Assembly: GCA_963555985.3 (NCBI GenBank)
Contig: OY820591.1
Location: 3,008,001 to 3,072,000 of the forward strand
Direction: 5' to 3'
Origin: Dehalococcoidia bacterium
GTDB taxonomy: Bacteria; Chloroflexota; Dehalococcoidia; Bin125
DNA: 64,000 nucleotides
Of this stretch, positions 28,555 to 38,213 are shown one piece after another (position 1 is the stretch's first letter; each line of letters starts with the position of its first letter). Both the position numbers and the translations under genes were made by a program. The notes under the pieces are model-generated. The model was not told where the DNA came from, made no database searches, and was given only the letters and a program-made list of their open reading frames with translations.

Positions 28555-28575
28555 TTCCCGCCTGCGCGGGAATGA
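27559..28575 (+). CDS. IS30-family DDE transposase
   Basis: Identical to 7320-8336 protein except terminal residues (FPPARE vs FSLSQE). Confidence 0.95.
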   Translation: MGAQYTQLDLAERCAVARLQAEGRSIRQIAAALDRSPSTIARELKRNTARDGYRPDYAQQQAQARRWRGSRLERDDQLRARVLRELARGLSPQQVAGRLAREAGAPVISHESIYRFIYAQASRAKPGRGGGWRQYLPRRKAKRGWRGRKGGSSVERIQLRRPLSERPAAAAGRLEAGHWEADLMLFGRGGPLLLMLHERSSRLLVGLPVAGKAAAPVARLLLSLLRAWPPALRRTVAFDNGTEFARHYELHRLGVETFFCDPYAPWQKGGIENAIGRLRRVLPRRLDLAQLSLARLIEVLQLYNNTPRQCLDYLSPAEVFGRQLLQLQCEPTFPPARE

Positions 28576-28647
28576 CGGAAATGGGGATTACGCGCAGGTC
28601 TCCTCTGGGGGAGGCCACGGGCTGCACGCTCAGCTTCGGAAACGCTG

Positions 28648-29730
28648 CTAGCTCGCATCGAACAGTGTGCCTTGATCGGGCCCGCCGTTTGGGGGCGTCA
28701 GGCCCAGGTGACTCCATGCGGCCGGCATGGCGATGCGGCCCCTTGGGGTGCGGGCGAGGAAGCCCAGCTGCATCAGGAACGGCTCGTAAACGTCCATGAC
28801 CGTATCGGTCTCTTCGGCGATGGCGGCGCTGAGGGTGTCCAGGCCGACAGGGCCGCCATCGAAGCGGGTGATCAGGGTGTGGAGGAGGCCGCGGTCGCGT
28901 TCGTCGAGGCCGAGTTCGTCGATTTGGAGGCGGGAGAGGGCTTCGTCGGCGACGGCTTCGGTGATCACGCCGTCGGCGCGGACTTCGGCGAAGTCGCGCA
29001 CGCGGCGAAGCAGGCGGTTGACGATCCGGGGAGTGCCGCGAGCGCGGCGGGCGAGCGTCTCGGCGCCAGCGGGTTCGAGCTCGACATTGAGCGCGTGAGC
29101 GGAGCGCTTCACGACGAGTTCGAGTTCTTCGGGGCTGTAGAAGTCGAGCCGCTGGACGATGCCGAAGCGGTCGCGCAGGGGCGGAGAGAGCATGGCGAAG
29201 CGGGTGGTCGCGCCGACCAGGGTGAAGGGTTTGATCGCGAGACGGACGCTGCGCGCGCCGGGTCCTCTGCCGATCAGCACATCAAGGGCGAAGTCCTCCA
29301 TCGCCGGATAGAGCACTTCTTCGACACCGCGCGGGAGGCGGTGAATCTCGTCGATGAAGAGCACGTCGTGGGTTTGGAGGGTGCTGAGCAGGCTGGCGAG
29401 GTCGCCCGGGCGCTGAATGGCGGGGCCGGAGGATGGTCGCAGGCTGACGCCGAGTTCGGCGGCGACGATGCGGGCCAGCGTGGTCTTGCCCAGTCCGGGC
29501 GGGCCGTAGAGGAGCAGGTGATCGAGCGGCTCTTCGCGCGCGCGGGCTGCATCGACTGCGATTCCCAACGCTTCATGCGCTGTGGCCTGGCCGACGAACT
29601 CGGTCAGGCGGGAAGGCCGCAGGGAGCGCTCGCCGGCGTCGGACTCGCTCTGATGCGCGCCGTCGACGATCCGGCCGACGGCTGCGCCTTCCTGTTCGGC
29701 GCTGTCGTTGGCAGGTGTCTCGTCAGGCAT
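28648..29730 (-). CDS. ruvB: Holliday junction branch migration helicase RuvB
   Basis: [53 protein letters not shown]. Confidence 0.97.
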   Translation of the reverse strand: MPDETPANDSAEQEGAAVGRIVDGAHQSESDAGERSLRPSRLTEFVGQATAHEALGIAVDAARAREEPLDHLLLYGPPGLGKTTLARIVAAELGVSLRPSSGPAIQRPGDLASLLSTLQTHDVLFIDEIHRLPRGVEEVLYPAMEDFALDVLIGRGPGARSVRLAIKPFTLVGATTRFAMLSPPLRDRFGIVQRLDFYSPEELELVVKRSAHALNVELEPAGAETLARRARGTPRIVNRLLRRVRDFAEVRADGVITEAVADEALSRLQIDELGLDERDRGLLHTLITRFDGGPVGLDTLSAAIAEETDTVMDVYEPFLMQLGFLARTPRGRIAMPAAWSHLGLTPPNGGPDQGTLFDAS

Positions 29731-29741
29731 GGTGCAGGAAC

Positions 29742-30323
29742 TCAGACACGCTGCAAGAAGGCGTTGCGGGACTCGACGGCGAGCGGGTGCAGTTGCTGCC
29801 CCGAGGCGAGTTGCTGACTGAGGCGGCGCTCGAGAAAGAGCGTGGCAGCGGCATAGAGGTCGCGTTCGGCGGCGGCGGCAACGACGGCCAGACCAGGATC
29901 GCGCTTGACTTTGTTCGGATCCACCTTGTCGGCGAGGAAGACGGCTAGCGCTTCTTCGGAGAGATCGGGATGGGCAGTGGTGTGGTAGTGGATCGCGCTG
30001 AGGATGTCGTCGTGCTCGATCTCCAGTTCGCGGGCGGCGTAATGCGCGGCGAGCGGGCCGTGCAGAACGATCGGCGCGGCGCGATCGGCGTCGGTGATCG
30101 TGAGTCCGCGAGCGCGGGAGCGTTCGAGGATGTCGGCGGGGTCGAGGTGGCGGAAGAGATCGTGTCCGGTTGCGGCGGCGGCGCAGACTTCGGGGTCGAG
30201 CTCGTGGATTTGGGCGAGGTGGAGTGCGCCGTCGATCACGCGCTGGGTATGCCGGCGGAGCGGCTTGGGCCGGTCGGTCAGCGCGGTCTCGAAGCGGGCT
30301 CGAGCCTCAGCGGGGGAGGTCAT
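29742..30323 (-). CDS. HD-domain phosphohydrolase, YqeK-like
   Basis: RHTQRV, GHDL, LHGPLAA, AIHYHTT, FLADK. Confidence 0.8.
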   Translation of the reverse strand: MTSPAEARARFETALTDRPKPLRRHTQRVIDGALHLAQIHELDPEVCAAAATGHDLFRHLDPADILERSRARGLTITDADRAAPIVLHGPLAAHYAARELEIEHDDILSAIHYHTTAHPDLSEEALAVFLADKVDPNKVKRDPGLAVVAAAAERDLYAAATLFLERRLSQQLASGQQLHPLAVESRNAFLQRV

Positions 30324-30331
30324 GGGCACTG

Positions 30332-30916
30332 CTACTCGGGGCGCTCAAGCTGGACGCCGATGAAGTTGCTGACCGCATCGGCGACATCCAGCGACTCGCG
30401 TTCGGTCGGGAAGCGGCCCACGCGGAGCTGGGTTCCGTCGGCGAAGTTGAGATAGTTGCTGTAGGAGCCGCTGAATTGGAGCAGGAGCGGGCGCGAGCGT
30501 TGGCGCGTGATGCGCACGGTTTCCACGTCGTAGAGCTCGAAGCTCCAGTCGCGGTTGATCACCCAGAGCATCGATTGATGCACACGCCCGACATCAGCGC
30601 TGAGATCGAAGTCGATTTCGAGCACGTCTCCGCCGATCACGCCGAGGATCGCCCAAAGAATGCCGCCGCCGAAGTAGCCGGCGGCGGCGCCGATCAGCAG
30701 GGCGCCGATCAGGTCGTCGCCGCCGATCAGCAGGGCGGCGATGATCGCGCCGATCACGCCTGGAACCGCGCCGTAGGCCCAGTTGGGCAGAGGCGACCAA
30801 AAGGTGCGCACGCGCATCGTGTCGGAATTGGGGAAGGAGAGTCTGGCGATCGAGGAGCGCGTGGTCGGTTGCTGATCCTCGGAGCGGGCGGGTCGGCGTC
30901 GGCGTCGCTGTGACAT
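30332..30916 (-). CDS. Hypothetical membrane protein
   Basis: Basic N-terminus, hydrophobic G/A/I-rich segments, PH-like beta-rich C-terminus. Confidence 0.7.
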   Translation of the reverse strand: MSQRRRRRPARSEDQQPTTRSSIARLSFPNSDTMRVRTFWSPLPNWAYGAVPGVIGAIIAALLIGGDDLIGALLIGAAAGYFGGGILWAILGVIGGDVLEIDFDLSADVGRVHQSMLWVINRDWSFELYDVETVRITRQRSRPLLLQFSGSYSNYLNFADGTQLRVGRFPTERESLDVADAVSNFIGVQLERPE

Positions 30917-31001
30917 GCACTTGAGGCTAGCCGATGCGCGCAGAGGCGCGAACGTTCCGCCTCACCCTTATCCTGAGCGTGGATAGCGAGAGGACGTTGC
31001 G

Positions 31002-31214
31002 ATGCGGCGATTCGGCGCGTTGTTGGTTGGCATCGCGGTGTGGATGTCGACGTACGGGGTCACGTTCGCAGCGGAGTCCGGGAGCCGCTATTCGGCGCCG
31101 GTCTGGGTCTGGGCGGCCGCGGGCGGCGCAACGGTCGGACTTGGGATCGCGGGATTTCTGATTGGCGTCTGGTTTCACCGCAAGCGGGAGCGTTTGGAGC
31201 GCGAGGGGGAGTGA
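31002..31214 (+). CDS. Small membrane protein
   Basis: GAGGA RBS, signal-like N-terminus plus one TM helix and charged tail. Confidence 0.55.
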   Translation: MRRFGALLVGIAVWMSTYGVTFAAESGSRYSAPVWVWAAAGGATVGLGIAGFLIGVWFHRKRERLEREGE

Positions 31215-31231
31215 TCGGGACGAGGGAAGGC

Positions 31232-31360
31232 GGGTGGATAGTTTGGATGGGTGGTTTGTTTTTTCCCAGGGCGGGTGAATCGACGATCTCCTGTTTTGGC
31301 TGGGAGAATCGCTGATCGGGGGTGGATGATTCTGGATAGTTTTGGATGGATTTGGATAGT
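31232..31360 (-). repeat. 10-bp-phased repeat element (ATCCA motif) with core and A-tract
   Basis: Minus strand: ACTATCCAAA TCCATCCAAA ACTATCCAGA ATCATCCACC CCCGATC..AAAACAGGAGATC..GATT..CGCCC..GAAAAAA. Confidence 0.7.
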
Positions 31361-31377
31361 GCTGCGGAGGTTCCGGA

Positions 31378-31426
31378 CCCCCCTCTGCCGCTGCGCGGCA
31401 TCTCCCCCCGCAGTGCGGGGGGAGAG
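31378..31426. repeat. REP-like palindrome, family B
   Basis: CCCCCCTCTGCCGCTGCGCGGCATCTCCCCCCGCAGTGCGGGGGGAGAG. Confidence 0.85.
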
Positions 31427-31483
31427 TTCTGCAACGCGCGGGTCGGTCTGAGTCTGGGCAGCAGCTAGCGACGCAGCGGGGGT

Positions 31484-31717
31484 TTAGGCCAGTACCGCGA
31501 TCAGGATGCCTGTACACGTGCCCATCGCGGCGATGATCAGGCCTCCCACAGTGATGACGACCTTGATGATGTCGAGCTTGGCTTCGGAAATGATCTTCCT
31601 GACGCGCTGTTCGAGGTCGTCGTCAAGCGCGGCCATAAACTTGCCCGCATCCTCATCTCCCCACTTTGCCCGAATGACGTCGTACAGGCGGATATGCGGC
31701 AACACGCTCACTGTCAT
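31484..31717 (-). CDS. Small DUF1640/CCDC90-like coiled-coil membrane-anchored protein
   Basis: AAGGAG RBS; MTVSVLPHIRLYDVIRAKWGDEDAGKFM...KLDIIKVVITVGGLIIAAM. Confidence 0.65.
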   Translation of the reverse strand: MTVSVLPHIRLYDVIRAKWGDEDAGKFMAALDDDLEQRVRKIISEAKLDIIKVVITVGGLIIAAMGTCTGILIAVLA

Positions 31718-31779
31718 CTCCTTGCTAGAGACGATCCACCGCCATCTTACCGAATGCCGCCTGGTCAGAGAGTGCAGCG

Positions 31780-32910
31780 CTAGATGTTGAGCAGATCCGC
31801 GACCTTCTCGCGGTGGTGGTCGGCGTCGCCCCACATCAGCTCGGCCATCTTCTGGCGGCGGAAGTAGAGCTGGATGATGTACTCCTTGGTGAAGCCGATG
31901 CCGCCGTGGATCTGCTGGCCGTGGGCGACCACGCGGCGGGTGGCGTCGGAACACCAGGCCTTGGCCATGGCGACCTGGAGGTCGGCGTCGGGCTCGTTCT
32001 CGGTCACGGCCCAGGCGGCGCGGTACATGATGAAGCGGGAGCCGTCGACGTCGGTGATCATGTCGGCGGCCTTGTGCTGGATCGCCTGGAAGGAGCCGAT
32101 CGGGCGACCGAACTGGATGCGCTCCTTGGCGTAGTCGACCGAGATCTCGAAGTCGCGCTGGGCCAGACCGACGAGGTAGGCGCAGTAGGCGACGGTGTAA
32201 TAGCGCTTGGCGACCTCGATGATCTGCCAGGCTCCGCCTTCGGGTCCCAGCAGCGCATCGGCGCCGACGCGGACGCCGTCGAGCTTGACCTCGCACTGCT
32301 TGTCGGCGGCGATGGTCTGGAGGACGGTCGTGCTAAGGCCCTCGGCGTTGCCGGGGACGAGGAACATCGAGACGCCCTCATCGCCTTCGGAGCCGTCGGC
32401 GCGAGCGACGACGAGGATGGTGTCGCTGACGTGGGCGTCGGGGATGAAGAGCTTGGTGCCGTTGAGCACGTAGCCGTCGCCGTCGGCCTCGGCGGTCGCT
32501 TCGATGCCGGTGCTGTCGAAGCGGGCGGAGGGCTCGGTGAGGGCCAAGGTCATCACGTGCTGACCGGATGCGACAGCGGTGCAGTACTGCTGCTTCTGGG
32601 CGTCGCTGCCGATCGCCTCGACGAAGGCCGAGGTGAGCACGGTATTAATGAACGGACCTGGCACGAGAGCGCGCCCGAATTCCTCGAGCAGGACGCAGAA
32701 GTCGAGGAAGGTGAGACCTTCGCCGCCCAGGTCTTCGGCGGTCATCAGGCCCATCCAGCCCTGCTCGGCCATGCCGTTCCAGAGGTCGTCGGTGTAGCCG
32801 CGCTCGTCCTCTTCCATGTCGCGGACGAGTTTTTCGGTGCATTCGTTGGTCAGGAAGTCGCGCGCGAAGTTCTTCAGCAGTTCCTGCTCTTCAGTCAGTC
32901 CCAGGTCCAT
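31780..32910 (-). CDS. Acyl-CoA dehydrogenase family
   Basis: MDLGLTEEQELL, LALTEP, LNGTKLFI, YAKERIQFGRPIGSFQAIQHKAADM, QIHGGIGFT. Confidence 0.95.
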   Translation of the reverse strand: MDLGLTEEQELLKNFARDFLTNECTEKLVRDMEEDERGYTDDLWNGMAEQGWMGLMTAEDLGGEGLTFLDFCVLLEEFGRALVPGPFINTVLTSAFVEAIGSDAQKQQYCTAVASGQHVMTLALTEPSARFDSTGIEATAEADGDGYVLNGTKLFIPDAHVSDTILVVARADGSEGDEGVSMFLVPGNAEGLSTTVLQTIAADKQCEVKLDGVRVGADALLGPEGGAWQIIEVAKRYYTVAYCAYLVGLAQRDFEISVDYAKERIQFGRPIGSFQAIQHKAADMITDVDGSRFIMYRAAWAVTENEPDADLQVAMAKAWCSDATRRVVAHGQQIHGGIGFTKEYIIQLYFRRQKMAELMWGDADHHREKVADLLNI

Positions 32911-33060
32911 GGGTTCCTCTCCCTGGCGGATCGGTCGTCCGCCCAATTCTGCGCTGTGCAGCATGACCCCGCCCCACGGCGGGCAACGTGTTTGAGGCTA
33001 TCGGATAGGTGGATAGCGCGCTAGGGCAGAGACTTGCGCGGGGGCATTTGGGCGAGTCGC

Positions 33061-33108
33061 CTCCCCTGTCGCTATGTGACATCTCCCCCCCGCAGTGCGG
33101 GGGGAGAG
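33061..33108. repeat. REP-like palindrome, family B
   Basis: CCCCTGTCGCTATGTGACATCTCCCCCCCGCAGTGCGGGGGGAGAG. Confidence 0.8.
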
Positions 33109-33277
33109 GAGAGCGGAGGGGCGTGTTGAATTGAGACGATCTGTTAATTGGATTACAGTTCTGTCGTTTCGACTTGAGGTGCGGAACCTTAGTTCATTAG
33201 AGTGCAATGACCAGATAGGAAATTGGTTGCGCTGCGATTCACAGTAGCACGACCTCATGCGATTGGGAGCGCGTTCG

Positions 33278-33736
33278 ATGACGGAAGCGGTTGGCCTGGA
33301 TCACCAGCGGATCATTCCTTACCTGACCTACGCCGACGCGCCGGCGGCGATTGAGTGGCTTTGCCGGGTGTTCGGGTTCGAGGAAGTGCGGCGGATGCCG
33401 GTCGGGGATGGCCGGATCGGACATGCGGCGCTGAGCTTCAACGGGGATCAAGTCATGCTCGCTTCGGTGTTCGAGGAGGCGGGCACGTTCTCGCCCCGGG
33501 ATTTGCCGGGCATTCACCAACAGATCTCCGTCTATGTGGACGACGTTGACTCGCATTTCGCACGTGCTCAAGCCGAGGGAGCGGAGATTCTGGCGGAGCC
33601 GGAAGACCAGTTCTGGGGGACGCGCTCGTATTGGGCGCAGGACCTCGAAGGGCACCGCTGGACGTTTCAGCAGCAGCTTCGAGTGGTGAACGACGCCGAG
33701 GCCGCCGCCGCGATGGAGGCGGTTTCATCGCGCTAG
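33278..33736 (+). CDS. VOC/glyoxalase (PhnB-like) protein 1
   Basis: PYLTYADAPAAIEWL..FGF, GHAAL, YVDDVDSHF, EDQFWG.R..DLEGHRW. Confidence 0.9.
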   Translation: MTEAVGLDHQRIIPYLTYADAPAAIEWLCRVFGFEEVRRMPVGDGRIGHAALSFNGDQVMLASVFEEAGTFSPRDLPGIHQQISVYVDDVDSHFARAQAEGAEILAEPEDQFWGTRSYWAQDLEGHRWTFQQQLRVVNDAEAAAAMEAVSSR

Positions 33737-33795
33737 CAGGTCTCGAACGAACCAGTAGATCGAGACGGCCCGGAGCCGTCGGAAAGGACAGGAAG

Positions 33796-34260
33796 ATGGT
33801 TCAGAACCCACCGGAAGGCAGCCAGCGGATCGTGCCGTACCTCAACTACTCGGATCCGAAAGCGGTGATCGAGTTCTTGATCGACGCATTCGGCTTTGAG
33901 CAAGGTCTGCTGATCGAGGGCCCCGATGATTCGATCGGCCACTGCGAACTGCTGCTGGGCGGCGAAACAGTGATGCTGTCCAGTGAGTTCGCCGAGGGCG
34001 GCTTGAGCAGCCCGAAGTCGTTGGGCGGCGTTCATGCCTCGGTCATGGTCTACGTCGATGACGTCGATGCGCACTGCGAACAGGCCAGGGAGGCCGGCGC
34101 GCAGATCGTGCAGGAGCCGGCTGACCAGTTCTATGGCGATCGCACCTACCGCGCGCTCGATCCCGAGGGCGTGGGCTGGGACTTCCATCAGCATGTGCGC
34201 GATGTCACACCGGAAGAGATGGCCGCCGCAGCCGCAGCGATGGCTGAGATGGGTGAGTGA
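33796..34260 (+). CDS. VOC/glyoxalase protein 2
   Basis: PYLNYSD, GHCEL, YVDDVDAH, DQFYGDR..DPEG. Confidence 0.9.
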   Translation: MVQNPPEGSQRIVPYLNYSDPKAVIEFLIDAFGFEQGLLIEGPDDSIGHCELLLGGETVMLSSEFAEGGLSSPKSLGGVHASVMVYVDDVDAHCEQAREAGAQIVQEPADQFYGDRTYRALDPEGVGWDFHQHVRDVTPEEMAAAAAAMAEMGE

Positions 34261-34264
34261 GATC

Positions 34265-34723
34265 ATGACGGAACCAGCACCAGCGGCGGCGCAGGGGGTT
34301 GTGCCGCAGTTGTCCTACGACGACGCGCCGGCGGCGATTGAGTTTCTCTGCCGGGCGTTCGGGTTTGAAGAGGACTATCGGCTGGAGATGCCGGGCGGCA
34401 GCATTGGTCACGCCGAACTGCACTGCAACGGGGCCAGGATCGCGCTGGCCTCGCACTGGCCGGAGGGCGGGCTCGGCAGCCCGCGCTCGCTGCCGCATCT
34501 GCACGCCTGCTACATGCTCTACGTCGACGATGTCGATGCGCACTACGAGCGGGCGAAGGCGGAGGGCGCGGAGATCATCCAGGAGCCTGAGGATCAGTTC
34601 TTCGGCGACCGGACCTATCGGGCGCACGACCTCGAGGGCCACCGCTGGTGGTTCCACCAGCATCTGCTCGAGGTCTCGCCCGAGGAGATGAACGCCGCGA
34701 TCGAGGCAATGGCGTCGGAGTAG
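34265..34723 (+). CDS. VOC/glyoxalase protein 3
   Basis: PQLSYDDAPAAIEFL, GHAEL, YVDDVDAH, DQFFGDR..DLEGHRW. Confidence 0.9.
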   Translation: MTEPAPAAAQGVVPQLSYDDAPAAIEFLCRAFGFEEDYRLEMPGGSIGHAELHCNGARIALASHWPEGGLGSPRSLPHLHACYMLYVDDVDAHYERAKAEGAEIIQEPEDQFFGDRTYRAHDLEGHRWWFHQHLLEVSPEEMNAAIEAMASE

Positions 34724-34741
34724 CGCCGGCGAAGGCTACGC

Positions 34742-35587
34742 CTACTCTCCGTAGACGACTCGGTGCGTGGCCTCAACCCGCACCACTACGCCCTCGGTGA
34801 GGTCGTAACCGTCGTCGCGCTCGTCCGGGTACTTGTCCAGCTTCCAGTAGAGCGGGGTGAGTTCGTCGAGCATCTGATGCCCCTCTACTGCTGTCAACGT
34901 CGCGCGGCCGCGCACTTCTGTGTAGCGGTAGGGGTTCGCTTCGTCGTGGATGCTCACGGCGATCGCGGGATTGCGGCGCAGGTGCAGCGTCTTCAGGGTC
35001 GTCGGCATCGTCCAGAACTCGATGTCGTCCTCGCCGCCGCCGGAAGCGCGTCGGTGCCAGACGACCGAGGATCGCGGCTGACCAGTCGAGCTGACCGTCG
35101 CAATGTGGGCGAAGTGGGGCGGGTTCAGCAGGTCGGTGCCCGGCTCCGGCGGATCGACCACTTCTTCGGGCGTGAAGTCGAGCGTGACCGCGCGCTCGAC
35201 GCTGACCGTGACGCCCCAGCCGTCGGCTGAGCCTTCACCCTTGTTGGGGTAGTCCACGCCGATGTAGCTGCGGGAGATCTCGTCGACGTCGTCCCAGGAG
35301 GTGCGGGGCGAGAGCGAGGCCGTACCAACGATCTCCAGCGTGCGATAGGGGTTCGAGGCGTCGTGGACGGAGATGGCGACGCGCGGCTCGCGCTGCATGT
35401 TGAGCGACTTGCGGTAGCGCTGACCGGTCACGAAGTAGACCGACGACACCGATCCATCGGGATTGACGGTTTCGGGCCGGAACCAGACGACCGAAGATTG
35501 AGGCGAATCGTCGCGGTTGACGGTGACGATGTGAGCGAAGTGGGGCGCGCCGCAGAGGTCGGCGAATTCGGGCGGGACGGTTGCCAT
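34742..35587 (-). CDS. PPOX-class F420-dependent oxidoreductase, tandem two-domain
   Basis: Two repeats of HFAHI.TV..G/D.P.SSVVW...K..N/H..R.P.VAIS.HD..NPYR. Confidence 0.85.
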   Translation of the reverse strand: MATVPPEFADLCGAPHFAHIVTVNRDDSPQSSVVWFRPETVNPDGSVSSVYFVTGQRYRKSLNMQREPRVAISVHDASNPYRTLEIVGTASLSPRTSWDDVDEISRSYIGVDYPNKGEGSADGWGVTVSVERAVTLDFTPEEVVDPPEPGTDLLNPPHFAHIATVSSTGQPRSSVVWHRRASGGGEDDIEFWTMPTTLKTLHLRRNPAIAVSIHDEANPYRYTEVRGRATLTAVEGHQMLDELTPLYWKLDKYPDERDDGYDLTEGVVVRVEATHRVVYGE

Positions 35588-35624
35588 GGGGATCTCCTAT
35601 ACGGCGCGGGGTCAGGATCGGCGG

Positions 35625-36449
35625 TCAGCCGACGCGGTGGGTCGTCTCCACCCGGATTGCGACACTGTTCATCTCGCTCACGTCCATGGGGAACTCGTCC
35701 AGCTTCCAGTAGAGCTGCGTCAACTCGTCGGCCATCCGGCGCCCGTCGATCGGGGTGATCTGCGCCTGTCCCCGCAGCTCGGTGTAGCGGTAGGGGTCGA
35801 CCTCGTCGTGGATGCTGACGGCGATCGCGGGGTTGTTGCGCAGGTGCCTGGTCTTGAGCGTTTCGGCGCTGGTCCAGAACTCGATATCGTTCTCGCCACC
35901 GCCCTCAGGTCGTCGGTGCCAGACCACGGATGAGCGTGGCTGACCGGTCGAACTGACCGTGGCGATGTGGGCGAAGTGAGGCGGGCTGAGCAGATCGGAG
36001 CCGGAGGCAGGGGGATCGACGGAGGGCGGTTGCGGGCCGTCGTTGGGCAGGGTGACGCGGTCGATCTCGACGGTCACGTGCCAGCCGGCGGGATCGTCGC
36101 CCTTGAAGGGGTAGTCGCGACCCATGTACTGGTTTGAGAGTGCGTCGAGCGCGTCCCACGAAGTGCGCGGCTCCATCGAAGCGGTGCCGACGATCTCGAG
36201 CATTCGGTAGGGCTGGTCGGCGCCGTGGATCGAGAGCGCCACGCGCGGCTCGCGCTGCATATTGAGCGCCTTGCGGTAGCGCAGCCCGGTGACGAAGAAG
36301 ATCGATTCGACTGCGCCGTTGTCGGCGACGCGCTCGGGCCGGATCCAGATCGGCGAGGACTGCGGCGAGCCGTCGCGGTTGACGGTGACGAGGTGAGCGA
36401 AGTGAGGCGCGCCGACGAGGTCGGCGTGTTCGGCTGGGACAGATGCCAT
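35625..36449 (-). CDS. PPOX-class F420-dependent oxidoreductase, tandem two-domain (paralog)
   Basis: Same two-domain architecture, highly similar to 34742-35587. Confidence 0.85.
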   Translation of the reverse strand: MASVPAEHADLVGAPHFAHLVTVNRDGSPQSSPIWIRPERVADNGAVESIFFVTGLRYRKALNMQREPRVALSIHGADQPYRMLEIVGTASMEPRTSWDALDALSNQYMGRDYPFKGDDPAGWHVTVEIDRVTLPNDGPQPPSVDPPASGSDLLSPPHFAHIATVSSTGQPRSSVVWHRRPEGGGENDIEFWTSAETLKTRHLRNNPAIAVSIHDEVDPYRYTELRGQAQITPIDGRRMADELTQLYWKLDEFPMDVSEMNSVAIRVETTHRVG

Positions 36450-36468
36450 GGGTCAGTCCTTTGCAAAT

Positions 36469-36501
36469 CGCAGAGGCGGGGCCATAACCCCGCCTCTGTG
36501 G
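36469..36501. terminator. Strong hairpin between TPP-enzyme and PPOX genes
   Basis: CAGAGGCGGGG-CCATAA-CCCCGCCTCTG. Confidence 0.55.
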
Positions 36502-36522
36502 CTGTTTCTGACCGATTGATGC

Positions 36523-38166
36523 CTAGCGGCTGAGGGTCGCCGAGTAGCCGCCGAAGCGGGCTTGGCCGGGCATGGCGTGCTGCTCGACCTCGACGTTGAC
36601 GACGGCGGGCAGGCCGGATTCCATCGCCCGCTCGATCGCAGGGCCGATCTCTTCGGGCTTGGTCACGTGCTCGCCGTGTCCGCCGAGCGCGACCGCGATG
36701 TCCTCGTAGCGCTGTCCGTAACCGAGCGGTCGGCCTGGCGTGTCGTTCGAGCCTGCGGTCCAACCGGCGTTGTTCGAGATCACGATCGTGCCCGGCAGGT
36801 TGTGCCGGACCATCGTATCGATCTCCTGGCAGTTCATCAGGAACGAGCCGTCGCCGACGAAGCCGATCACCTGCCGCTCCGGGGCGGCGGCCTTGGCTCC
36901 GAGCACGTAGGGCAGGCCCACGCCCATGCAGCCGTTGGGGCCGGGGTTGAGCCGGCCGCCCTCGGCGTAGGAGGGGATGTACTGGCGCGCGAAGGCCAGC
37001 GTCGCATTGCCGTCAACGCAGACGATCGCGTCGCGATCCATGCGCTGCACGACCTCGTCGGCCAGGCGCAGCGGGTGAATCGGCACGGTGGACGAGTGCG
37101 CCTGTTCGAGCGACTGCTGGCGGCGGTTGTCGTCCGACTCGCGCAGTTCGGCGAGCCAGCCGGTCGGCCCGGTGAGGCCGGCCTCTTTGGCGGCCGCGGT
37201 CAACGCGACCAGCGCGCGCTTGGCGTCGGCGACCATGCCCACTGCCGCTTCCTTGTTGTGACCGATCTCAGTCGGGTCGGTGTCGACGTGGATCACCTTG
37301 AGGTCGGGCGCCCAGCGCGGGGGCAGACCGGAGCCGACGACGAAGTTGAGGCGGGTACCCACGACGAGCGCCACGTCTGCCTCGCGGAACGCCTTGCTGC
37401 GAGCAGCGATGAAGCAGAGGTCGTGGTCCTCGGGGACGACGCCGCGACCCTGTGGGGTCGTGTAGAAGGGGATGCTGGTCGTCTCGACGAACTCTTGGAG
37501 TTCAGCCGAGGCATCTGACCAGAAGATGCCGGTGCCGGTCAGCACGATCGGGCGCTCGGCCTTGGACAGCAACTCAATCGCTTCCGTGACCTGGTCGGGG
37601 TCGGCGCCCGGTCGGGAGCGTGCCGCGCCTGCGTCGGGGAACCAGACGGTCTCGTCGTCCGACTGCTGGTAGAGGGTGTCGCCAGGTAGATCGAGATAGG
37701 TCGGGCCGGGCTTGGGTCCCTGCGCCTCGCGGTAGGCGAGGTTGAAGAACTCGGGCATCCGCGCCGAGTGCGTCACACGGCTGGCCCAGCGAGTGACCGG
37801 TACCGCCATCGCCAGCTGGTCGTACTCCTGGAAGTCGTCCCGCTCGAATGACGAGAACGCCGCCGCGCCACCCAGGGCGACCATCGGTACGCCGTCGAGG
37901 TAGGCGTTGGCGACGCCGGTGAGCAGGTTGGTCGTGGCCGGTCCGGAAGCGGCCATGCAGACGCCGGGCAGGCGCTTGACGCGGGCGTAGCCGTGCGCGG
38001 CCATCGCTGCACCCTGCTCGTGTCGGCAGTCAATTGTGCGGATGCCGTGCTCGGCGGCGAAGCCGGCGGCCTCAATGATCGGGCCGCCCATGATGTAGAA
38101 GAGGTCCTCAACCCCCTCGTTCACCATCTGGCGGGCAAGCAGTTCGGAGCCCATCTGGTCGGGCAT
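36523..38166 (-). CDS. ThDP-dependent enzyme, oxalyl-CoA decarboxylase / 2-hydroxyacyl-CoA lyase family
   Basis: RHEQGAAMAAHGY, SGPATTN, FQEYDQ, TTPQGRGVVP, GCMGVGLPY, GDGSF..NN. Confidence 0.88.
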   Translation of the reverse strand: MPDQMGSELLARQMVNEGVEDLFYIMGGPIIEAAGFAAEHGIRTIDCRHEQGAAMAAHGYARVKRLPGVCMAASGPATTNLLTGVANAYLDGVPMVALGGAAAFSSFERDDFQEYDQLAMAVPVTRWASRVTHSARMPEFFNLAYREAQGPKPGPTYLDLPGDTLYQQSDDETVWFPDAGAARSRPGADPDQVTEAIELLSKAERPIVLTGTGIFWSDASAELQEFVETTSIPFYTTPQGRGVVPEDHDLCFIAARSKAFREADVALVVGTRLNFVVGSGLPPRWAPDLKVIHVDTDPTEIGHNKEAAVGMVADAKRALVALTAAAKEAGLTGPTGWLAELRESDDNRRQQSLEQAHSSTVPIHPLRLADEVVQRMDRDAIVCVDGNATLAFARQYIPSYAEGGRLNPGPNGCMGVGLPYVLGAKAAAPERQVIGFVGDGSFLMNCQEIDTMVRHNLPGTIVISNNAGWTAGSNDTPGRPLGYGQRYEDIAVALGGHGEHVTKPEEIGPAIERAMESGLPAVVNVEVEQHAMPGQARFGGYSATLSR

Positions 38167-38213
38167 CGTTTGGTCCTCTCTGATATCTCCCGGCGCGGCG
38201 CGCCAGTCTGGAT

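Noticed and set aside
28648-29730. ruvB without adjacent ruvA/ruvC
   Set aside because: Split ruv loci are common; cannot be judged from this window
33120-33256. AT-rich stretch as origin, dif or ncRNA
   Set aside because: No DnaA boxes, dif arms or clear structure seen; most simply a divergent promoter region
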